Below, piece by piece: positions 37,865 to 47,678 of a stretch of 64,000 bases of DNA (the stretch's first letter is position 1; every line of letters starts with the position of its first letter). The notes under the pieces were generated by a model that made no database searches, was not told the origin of the DNA, and saw only the letters and a program-made list of their open reading frames with translations. A program made the translations under genes and the position numbers. Source of the stretch: Tubiluchus corallicola (Eukaryota; Animalia; Priapulida); the NCBI GenBank assembly GCA_030141605.1, contig JAQGDQ010000014.1, forward strand, positions 186,001-250,000. Reading direction: 5' to 3'.

Positions 37865-38835
37865 TAGGAGACATTTTTTGTTTTTCCTTTTATTGCTTTC
37901 CTTTCTTTTTCTTTCTTCTCTTCTTTCTTCTTCCCTCTTTCTTTCTCAATTCCTTTTATTCTTTTTTCTTTTCACATTTTTTATTTTTCAGTATTACATT
38001 TTTTGGGCTCAAACTATCCCTGGTTGTTGTGGGGTTAAACACATTTAAAATGTATCTTCAGTAACAATTTCTTTAATGGCTTCATCTATGGGCGCTTAGT
38101 GAAAACCATCTGTCTGAAACTACACGCTGTTACATTTAGCGTCCAAAAAAGCTAAAATAGCTGTTTTGACGGCGCGATCTCCTCGCGAAGGTCTCTCATC
38201 TCCACAATGAGCTCTTGTTCGTCTGAAGAGCAATTTCCCGCAAATGAGTGTTTTTGTTCGGGTGAAGCTGAGTACCACATGCTCAACCGTGAGCCGTCTG
38301 AAGACTTCTTAAACAAACCAACCAGGTTTGAATTTTTTAATACCGTGTAGATACTGTTCAAGTAGGGCGTACACGTCAGCTGACTTGCTAAAGCAAGTAC
38401 ACTTTCGCACAGTTACAGGAGACCAGTGCCGCGCACACGAGGTAAATTTTTTTGTAGCAACTCGCCTTACATGGATTTTTACTATGTCCGAGCTCGATGA
38501 ACGCTATTTCACAAACTTTGCCGCACACAAGTTTTCATTAAATACTAGCCGCATACGGTAAAAATCTATCTGTAACTAACTGTCTGACATAAACGGTCCC
38601 AGACAAGTTTGCCCGCACACGGCAACTTTTGCTTGAAGCAATCCGATAACCTTAGCAACAATTATTACATGACAAGTGATCAAAGGGTTACTTTTTATTG
38701 GTCTAATCTGATTCTGTGTGATATAAATTTTTGTTCAGAGCGTCTACAAAAGAGTAAAAGCAGTTGTCTGAGATATAAAATTCAGCACGTTTAAAAAAAT
38801 CTGTGTGCGATAAGAAGTTTATAAAACGGCGTTCT

Positions 38836-39017
38836 GGGTTATGTGGCCGAGTGGTTTAGATTTCGGTCTGCAACCACACGGCTTTGAGTTCAATACTAGC
38901 GTCTGCCAACGCTAGGGCTTTACATCCTTATATTGGTGCTAAGTCGCTAAATGGCCGTTGCTAGTGTGCTAAGTGCTAGTGTTGTCTGTTAAATGAGCGA
39001 CCGTAAATAAATACATA
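38836..39017 (+). mobile_element. tRNA-derived SINE-like element
   Basis: A-box TGGCCGAGTGG, B-box GAGTTCAATAC, no intact cloverleaf, TAAA-type tail; its 3' part recurs at ~36543-36580. Confidence 0.55.
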
Positions 39018-39639
39018 GGGGTCCATTAGCGAATTCATTCAAAATGTTTTACTTATAAAATAAAATAAAATGTAAGTACAGATACGATTATATATATATA
39101 TATAGAATAATTACAAAAACAGAAAGACACCTCTGTTTGCAGGGGAGAATGTTTTGACGTACTAATTAGATAAACACTGGCAAATATATACATAAAGTAC
39201 ACGAAGAGAGTACACTAAAAAGCTTAAAGCGTTTCTAAGCAGGACAAATTGAAAACATTCACACATGATAATTATACTAAAAAATTGAACACGAGGTAAA
39301 AATCACAATATATATATATAATATAATAAAAAAAACGAACAGGCCAATTTATTACTAGAAGAAGTAAATCATTTTTCTAAAACCTGTCACCAGATCAGTG
39401 AAATTGCAAACGGGAATGCAATTGATCTTTAATGAAAAGGAATCATCACAAAGCTGCACAAAAGACTCTAAAATATTATTGCTACAATTGCCCTGCATAA
39501 TAAATTATCTCAAAAAGTATCCTCTGACACATGAGCACAATCAAACAACAAATGTAAAGGTGTTTGTAATTGTCCGCAGAGACATAAGCCACTTGGAAGC
39601 AAACCTATATGATGAAGGAAAGATTTAAAAAAGCCCTGA

Positions 39640-41380
39640 CCGTGTATAAAACTGAGGGCTGTTGTCTCCAAGGCTCTATTGATAGCAGCAACAGATAAGA
39701 AAATAGGGTATCTGGAACAATGTGAAACAAATCATATGTACCATTTATAGTTACATACATATTAAATTTTCAGTGCCATACCGACTTTTTACACATGTTT
39801 ACGGTTTCCTTTTTGTTCGGAATGTCAGCGGATAAAACATGATTGATGTTTTTACGTCGCTCATTATTAACAATCTGTAAGTATTCTTGGCATTTGTGTT
39901 GTACTTTCAACTTCCAAAGGGGGTAAGACGCGCAATAGCTCTAATAGCTCTCTACAGGGTTTGAAAGCAGCCCCTACAGCAGTTTTGACAACATCATATT
40001 GTATAGCGTCGAAAAATGAATGTTTCTTAAACATCCAAGCTGTCGATCCACACAGAATAATTGGTAACACGAAAGTTCTATACAGTTGTACAGTAGAGGC
40101 CATCCGTAACCCCTTATGTTTCCAACAAACAGTCCGTATTTTATTCCACGTGCACCAGGCAGATTTTCTGACTTTATTAACATGACGTTTAAAATCTAAT
40201 TTTTTATCAATAGCAACTTCCAGCACTGTGCTGTGTTCAACATATTCAACTTCAGCTTCACGAATTTTCAGTTTGGGAATGTCATCTTCATTTAGAAGAA
40301 GAATTTATAACAATAGCTTCAGTTTTATTTTTATTACAATTTATTTGTAAACGCCATTTTATACACCAATTACACAAATGAGTGTAGCACAGTTGTGCTG
40401 ATTTATGGCATTGTTGGAGACTGTTGCTAGACACATAAAAGGTTCCATCGTCAGCATATTTAAAAATTTCAGGACCCCTGGCGCTGCATTCATCTCCAAG
40501 CATTTCTGAGACGAAAATAAGGAACAACAAAGGCGAAAGAACAGACCCTTGTGGTAGTCCCATTTTGACGCCGTGTGAGGGTGACGTGTAATGTATATAA
40601 TATAATATAAAGTGACGTCACTTTTATATTAAATGTTCGAATAGAGAGGAAGGTTTTTTAAGCCTAAGAAACAGCCTCTAATTCCAAACTGGTGCAATTT
40701 ATACGTAAGTCCATTTATCCAAACGCTGTCAAAAGAGTTTTTCTAAATCGCAAAAGACAGCGAGACCAGCGGTTTTTCGTAACATGTTTTCCTGTATGAT
40801 ACTTACTAGATGAAAACTATATCGACCAGGATTACGATTAGGGATGTCACCTTCTTGGACACTATCCAGCAAATTAAATTCTTGACACTTATCAAACAAA
40901 CGATTTACCAAAAGTCCTTCCATTAATTTACCAACGAAGGAAGACAATGTAATCGGACGGTAAGAATTTGGGTTAGAATAGTCGTCTTTATTTTGTTTTC
41001 GAATAGTTTTTGATACCGACCATGGCAATATGTTGGTTTTTAAACAAATTGTGCTCAAATTTAAGACTAGAGATCTCGCCCAATGCCCGAAATGTTTTAT
41101 CATACACGGATGAATGCCATCCTGATCAACACTTTTGCCTGAAGCTTGCGTATGTTTAATTGCATTATGAAGTTTAGACATGGTGACTGTCCTGTCCAGA
41201 CTGTTTACACCAGAGTCGGGAAAATTAGATGCATTACAGAAATGATCCACCTGCGTTTTCCACTCATCATCTAAAAACTCGTTATCCAGGTGAGAGCCGG
41301 TAAAAAGCTTTCATACAACAGGGAACTCTTATCTTCATGGATAATGTAAAATCTGTCTTTCTTCAAAATACCAACATGGT
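39640..41380 (-). mobile_element. 5'-truncated, frameshifted LINE (non-LTR RT) in Norrin intron 1
   Basis: Collinear ORF pieces YRPITLSSFVGKLME, CDLEK, GLPQGSVLSPLLFLIFV, KYADD, IDKKLDFKRHV and LYRTFVLPII. Confidence 0.9.
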
Positions 41381-41699
41381 ATAGAAATATAGGTTGATCT
41401 ATGCTTTTAGATCAACCTATATGCATCAGAAATATACATTATAATGTCTTTTTTACTATACTTCCCAAACTATTATAATTATTGTAGGTCTGTAGTGTAA
41501 TGATGCAATGTGGAAATATATAAACTTTTGAACTCATGACATCCTGTATTTATCCATCTATTTATCAACTTTTGAAATACACGTGGACAGACAAATTTTC
41601 TGAAAGAGTAAAGGAACCACGACCTTTAAAAATGGTTGTGTTGCAGTTAAATAAAAGTCGAAAAGTGCGTTTATATGTATGTCATAATTTGAAGCCTTA

Positions 41700-41850
41700 C
41701 ATTGTCCAGGATCATTTTAGATTAGTATGCTGGTTTCCCACCATGAAGGTCGCGTGTTCAACTCCCAACAGAGTCATGCCAAAGACTTAAAAAATGGTAC
41801 CGTTGATTATTCGACCAAGCACGCGGGTTTATGAAGTAACGTGCATAATA
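41700..41850 (+). mobile_element. Degenerate tRNA-headed SINE; related core at ~58120-58195
   Basis: B-box GTGTTCAACTCC followed by CCAAAGACTTAAAAAATGGTACC; the second copy has CTTTAAAAATGGTACCTGCTG. Confidence 0.45.
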
Positions 41851-42249
41851 ATAATAGGGACCACCTCGCAAAAAAGTATTGAGTTACCTAAGGTGTTAAC
41901 CCTGGGTTATGTACTAAACGAAACAATAATACTTATTATTATTACCCCTGCATTCCGGTGCTTCTCAACCCTTACACATTTAAAGTTGCCCGACTATCCC
42001 TGGCCCTCCCCTCGCAATGATTTTTCTTTCTGCACTATGAAAACTGGGTTCACGTCTGGAGTCTAAATAACAAACCGACTTTGGCATGGAGTTTTGTTCT
42101 CGATAACACAAAACACAACGTAAAATAGTAAAATGTTGTGGAACAGAGCAAGGACCGCCTTTTGGGGCTCCTATTCTAATGAATTGGGTGCTCTTCAGAC
42201 GAAGAAATATGACAATTTTACTATTTATTGCAAACCAAATTAGCACATA

Positions 42250-42986
42250 GGATAAGTGTGGTAATGTCGGACATAGGCTAATGTCGGACATAGGCGAATA
42301 TCAGACAATGAGTTTTACGTTTTCCTAAAACCCATTAGATTACCTGGGCGTTGTTTTTTTCTTTTTGTTGTTAATACAGGCACATGACATCTTTAGACTG
42401 ACATATTCACGACTGTCTAGTACTTCGTCTTCTGGCATCTGTGTGGTCGTGAACATACAAACTCGCTTTATTTTTAATCGTATTAACTTTTTTTGATTTT
42501 CTGATAAACAGACTAATGCATTGATTATTTGCAGCATTTTCTTTAGAAATGGTTTATTTTGTAAGTTGCCTCTTTCTTCATGCTTTCATGCTACACTTTG
42601 TAAAACACCAAATTTGTTTGTTTATTATACAACTCACTGAAGCAATGTCCGACTTTACCCAAAGGCCAAGGCTAATATCGGACAATTGAATTTTTGTGTT
42701 CGACTTTAGCCTGAATTAATTGTTTGTGTAGGTGAATAACATAGATTTTTGGCCATGTGAGTCAAAATGTAAAAATAACAAGATCTTAATCGTTTTAGAA
42801 ACATGGGAAGGAAACCGTTATCGAAACGGCAGGAAAGAAAAAAATGCTGCAAATATGAAAAACTTTAAGAATAACAGAGGGAAAATAGGAAAACTTGAGC
42901 AGTTGAGCTCTGATCAAATGCAATCTGTCATCAAATCTAATCTAATCTAGTCTACACACACACGCACGCACGCGCACACGCACACG

Positions 42987-43030
<44 letters not shown>

Positions 43031-43202
43031 CACACACACACTAGCACACCAGTTATCCCAATATTTTACATTTCATGCAACCACTCCCAGATTTCTTAAC
43101 AATATAGTTTTAGTTTATCATACATCATTCCAAGAAAATTGTAAAAATATAGACAAAAATCTGAAAAATTCCAATTTTGTCCGACATTACCCCATTTTAT
43201 CC
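42250..43202. mobile_element. Non-autonomous Tc1/mariner-pogo-type element (TA TSD)
   Basis: TIR GGATAAGTGTGGTAATGTCGGACA / TGTCCGACATTACCCCATTTTATCC flanked by TA; repeated TAATGTCGGACA subterminal motifs; internal (CA)n. Confidence 0.7.
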
Positions 43203-43975
43203 TATGTTAACACAACCGGGAAAAACATGTATTTTACCAAGTGTCACTAAAGTTTGTGGGACCTCAAACATGTGGGGCCCTAAGCTATTGGATAATCCGG
43301 CCATGCCTATCAATACATACATTTGTGCTGTCGCCTTCATTGTCGTTATTTGAATCACGATAAATCGATAAACAAGCTTTCCATTTGGTTTTTAATGTCT
43401 TTTGCATATCTTGAGTGCGAAATAACAATTATTTTTTAAAGTTAGCTTTGCGCTCAGTGCTTATAGGAATAAGAGTTAGGATTATAGAGTTAAGGATTAT
43501 AGTATTCCCGACAGTAGCAAATAAAAAAAACATCTATAAACAACGATTTTAAACTTACAATTACACACATGGAAGACTTCAAGACACTAGTGTACTTGGT
43601 CCAAAAAATTTTGGCGCCATTCTTTTAAACCTTTAGTATGTAACACGGCTATGGAAATAAACATGCAATGTTTTGCATGAAAAGCGAGAACGCTACCACA
43701 TAGCTATTACCGCCTGCAAATTTTGAAAAGATATCAATAATAAACTGCCAATAAGCAAGCTTTATTGAACGTAATTAAATAATTAAATATTGAACGTAAT
43801 TAAATAATTATTTTTTCCAGCATATTTATCCATTTTATTGTTTCAATGAGTTAAAACTATTATAGATCCTATTGTTTACTTTGCCAATTTCACAGACTAT
43901 TTCAGGTAGAACATATACATTACATTAAATCTCCAAATTAGTGCTTTAAATGCAAGTGCCAATGTCATCGTCAAA

Positions 43976-44140
43976 ACCACCTAAACCACCACCACCACCA
44001 CCACCAACCACCACCACCACCACCACCACCACCACCACCACCACCACCACCACCACCACCACCACCACCACCACCACCACCACAACCACCACCATCATCA
44101 TTATCATCATCATCGTCGTCATCGTCATCGTCATTGTCAT
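43976..44140. repeat. (CCA)n/(TCA)n microsatellite
   Basis: Direct reading. Confidence 0.95.
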
Positions 44141-44399
44141 CTAGGAGAAACCATAATTAAATATGCTGGTGCTTTCTAATGTGAGATATATCACACATTT
44201 AAAAGCGTCACTGCATAGTGCATAGCCCTCCAGCGCTGAAACGCCGTAAAATTAAACATACTAAAGTTTTCAAATACCAGCATAACTATTATAGCTAAAG
44301 TTTACATTACTGCGGAGATCAAGTCATTACCGTAATAGTTCAGCCTACAAGAAATTTGTGCGTCAGACTTAAATACAGCATACATATAACAGCACTTAC

Positions 44400-44414
44400 C
44401 TGGAAAAAACGCAT
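44400..44414 (-). CDS. NDP: Norrin homolog, predicted first coding exon (MRFFQ)
   Basis: ATG CGT TTT TTC CAG followed by a consensus GTAAGT donor in phase 0, supplying the Met missing from the middle exon; TATA box ~205 nt upstream. Confidence 0.65.
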
Positions 44415-44617
44415 GTTTACTGTTTTTCTAAATTCATGTCGAATACCAGTCAAAATAAATGTCTATTGTCAACAACACTGCACAAATTGACTTCTACAAA
44501 TTGCCATTTTGACCCATCCTTAAGGCTCAAAAGATGTCTATCAAAGCGTAGCATCGTCAATATGCTGCTTGCGCCGCTACTTATGGATCATAACCGGGCA
44601 CTCTGTGCGCAATGCTC

Positions 44618-44627
44618 TTTTTATATA
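44618..44627 (-). promoter_or_regulatory. Candidate TATA box of the Norrin homolog
   Basis: TATATAAAAAG on the minus strand in a locally GC-richer context upstream of the predicted first exon. Confidence 0.5.
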
Positions 44628-45087
44628 GACCTCTAAACACTCCGGAAATGGCAGTTTTCGATTACATTGAAGTCTTCCAACATAGCACTGGACGCATCAA
44701 ACTTTTATAGGAAATTAAACTCAATGAAAAAGACACGAAGACGGTTTTGTATCAGGTATAAAACTAGGCGCGAAACAGAAGATTACAAGAAGATTGGATT
44801 GAAATAAGAGCAGAGCAAAGCATTTATTTGACTTTAAAATGCAAAATCTGTCTTCATATTTAACTAGTAAAGAGACAGTCTAATGCAGCTGCTAATCCAA
44901 TGTCAGTCGCAACTGCATAGAGACTACACTGCTTTAATTTTGAGTGCTCATGAGGAGAAGATGGCTTCGCTACTGTGAACAAACACTGGTTTCATTGAAG
45001 ATAGCACGAACTCAATCTGTAGTCAGCAATGGTTGATTGCGTTTGGCTCTGGGATTGTCTGGCAAACGATGTGTGTGAGGGCAGTAA

Positions 45088-45274
45088 GGAGAGAGCGGGT
45101 GGAAGGGGGGAGAGATAGGATCGTGGAGCAAAGAGAGAGAGCGAGAGCAGGGAGAGAAAGAGAGAAGGCAGGTAGCGAGAGAGAGAGAGGAGAGAGAGAG
45201 ACAGAGAGAGAGAAAGAAAGAGAGGAAGGAAAGGGGAGAGAGAGAGAAGGAAGGAGGGAGAGAGAGAAAGGAAA

Positions 45275-45328
<54 letters not shown>

Positions 45329-45337
45329 GAGAAAGAG
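45088..45337. repeat. GA-rich polypurine tract / (GA)n
   Basis: Direct reading. Confidence 0.9.
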
Positions 45338-45509
45338 AATATCTGTATTAAGATTATAAATAATTAAGATGTCCTAGACTCCTAGAGGATCAAATTAAGA
45401 CTAGTTATGATTTAAAATAGGAGAATATTCTGGCAATTGCATAGTACTTGTTTTTCTTCCTACGCAGTCTTTTTACTCTTTCTCTAACATTATAATTCAT
45501 CAGTAATTT

Positions 45510-45550
45510 TTTCAGCTGATGAAGCCGGCTTGGGCAGAAACCTTCTGAAA
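45510..45550 (+). ncRNA. Degenerate minimal type-I hammerhead ribozyme-like motif (Penelope-type)
   Basis: TTTCAG-CTGATGA-A-GCC-GGCTTG-GGC-A-GAAA-CCTT-CTGAAA: 6-bp stem I, both core boxes, 3-bp stem II; stem III mismatched; AATAAA follows. Confidence 0.45.
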
Positions 45551-46010
45551 TAAATAAAATCATTGTGAGGTTATAAAGGGCACTCAACGTTTTTAACTAG
45601 TTATGATTTTTTAAGTTACCGACGAAAAATTGTGTTATTTAATACATTAAAATTTAATGTCATTGTTAACTTGTCAATTGCTATATTTCTTAGATTTAGA
45701 CCTAATACCAAACGTGCTCTTTCTTCATTCATGCAATGATATATTTATAATTCAATGTTGTAAATTGTATTTGTAATCTAAGTTTTTACTGTTCAGAATT
45801 CAGTAGGAACCGGGTATACATGGACAATGTAAAACTGTCACACTAAAGAGTATGATAATGTGTAAAAGCGTCATCAAAGTGTATATTCGTGACAAGTTTA
45901 GCTATGGTGTTCCAGCACATGGCATGGAAATCTGTCAATGAAGAATTAACAAGTACTACGATAACGCAGTCTTTTTAAAGATTTATACAATATATGCCAA
46001 CTTAAAAATG

Positions 46011-47678
46011 TTAATCTACTTGTGATATGAACAGCGGACTCATAAGACAGCGTTTGTAAGGAGGTCTGCCTGTATGTGGTCTTGTCAGTGGATCGTTTAG
46101 TGTCGCGTTGAATGTTCCCTGTAACACAGTGTCTTTCACTGTTTTAGGCAAATGGTAATGTCCAGGGCCTGGGGTATCATCATACTTGCATACAAATCTT
46201 TCAGTTTTGACTGGCATTAGATTCCGATCAGAAAAAGCTGATTTGGTAACATACTGTCCAGGTCCCGGATTATTAGGGTCGGCTATCTGCACCAGGTTAT
46301 TGGGAACTCTTGAGAATCTGGTATCGGAAGAAAGAAAGACACCACGTGACTTCTTCCCAGGACGTGGCTCCTGCTTACCCTGCGTTCTGTCGTGTGAATC
46401 AGCTTTGTTATAAAAGTTTGGCCCCGGTACAACATCCTTATCCGATGGTACAAACCTTCTCGTTTTTGAAGTAAACACATGTGTAACTTTCTTTACTTCT
46501 TTCTCAAGCTTTTCTGCTACGTTGTATGCATTTGCTGCTGGTAGACTTTGTTGATACTTTGTAGCATAAGCAATTTTGCGTTTGGCCTGCGAACCGAAAC
46601 CGCCTTTTTGCAATGAACCTTGTTTTAAAGCCTGCTTAACACATTTGTCTGCAAAGCCAGGCGGATTGAAATAAGTTGGTTCTGGCATGAGATATCTTAC
46701 ACGTGGAAATCGGACAGCAGTGTGTCCAAAAGGGCATCTCACGTTGTAATGAGGTGCACTTGTTGAGGTAAAGGAATTTTCCGTTAAGTGATAGTCACAA
46801 GGAGCCGGAGAAAACTCCACTTGAGTTTCGAAACGCTGAGCTTTGGCTCCAAAAGACGGAAATGCTTCTTTTTCGCGAATCTGCTGAAGTACATCATCAA
46901 ACTGGCCGCTGATTTTGTACTGATTTGGTGCAGGCACAGATTTTTTTATTTCTGCAGTGGATACAATTTCGTGATACCTGGGCAGATGAGATCGTGATAT
47001 GGTCAAACCGTTTTTGGCGCTTTCCCAGTCTGTGGGCTCTTTAACGTCATACTGTCCAGGTCCGGGACCTAATTGACCTTTGAAAGTCATCCGTTTTCCC
47101 GTCAGTTTAGAGAAAAAGACGCCTTTGTATTTTGATGGACGAAAGTCTCGGGCGTCATAAAAAGCTGGACCTAGTGTATGATCTCCAGTTGGTTCTTCTA
47201 CTCTATGTAAGTTACCATCCAAGTCCTCCTGGAAACCAGCTGCCTGTAGTGAAGGAATTGCTGGCGGTTGACTTTCAACTATCACTACCGGACGAGGTTT
47301 GAGCGAACCTTTTTGTTTTTTAGTCTTCGGAGCGTTCCTACCATCTTCGTCTCCCCAAGCGCTTGTCACGTGATAACTCCCTGGACCAGGTGAAGTAATC
47401 GTCCGTTGTCCTTTCAATCGACGCTCCGTGCGGGGCATACTGCAGGCTCCCTTCAGCTTATCTTGCTTCTGCTTAGGGAAGTACGTAGCTGGTCCTGGCG
47501 AAACTTCTTCATTTATTAGCGAAAATTCTCTTGGGGCCATTTTTTCAAAAGGTGCATATGCTGTTGATCTGCAGTTCCAATGTCTGCAAAATTTGGGATA
47601 GTAGTCAGCAGGACTTAGATTCGGGTCTGTGCTTCCAATTTCTTGTAGACACAGTTCTCGCTTTGATCTGTTGTACAT
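46011..47678 (-). CDS. STPG2: Sperm-tail PG-rich repeat-containing protein 2 (SHIPPO-repeat ciliary protein), intronless CDS, 555 aa
   Basis: Repeated PGPGxY motifs; MYNR start, YAPF..REF, PAIPS, TLGPAFY, KYKGVFF, GPGPGQYDV and LPRYHEIV match STPG2 as recalled. Confidence 0.9.
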   Translation of the reverse strand: MYNRSKRELCLQEIGSTDPNLSPADYYPKFCRHWNCRSTAYAPFEKMAPREFSLINEEVSPGPATYFPKQKQDKLKGACSMPRTERRLKGQRTITSPGPGSYHVTSAWGDEDGRNAPKTKKQKGSLKPRPVVIVESQPPAIPSLQAAGFQEDLDGNLHRVEEPTGDHTLGPAFYDARDFRPSKYKGVFFSKLTGKRMTFKGQLGPGPGQYDVKEPTDWESAKNGLTISRSHLPRYHEIVSTAEIKKSVPAPNQYKISGQFDDVLQQIREKEAFPSFGAKAQRFETQVEFSPAPCDYHLTENSFTSTSAPHYNVRCPFGHTAVRFPRVRYLMPEPTYFNPPGFADKCVKQALKQGSLQKGGFGSQAKRKIAYATKYQQSLPAANAYNVAEKLEKEVKKVTHVFTSKTRRFVPSDKDVVPGPNFYNKADSHDRTQGKQEPRPGKKSRGVFLSSDTRFSRVPNNLVQIADPNNPGPGQYVTKSAFSDRNLMPVKTERFVCKYDDTPGPGHYHLPKTVKDTVLQGTFNATLNDPLTRPHTGRPPYKRCLMSPLFISQVD

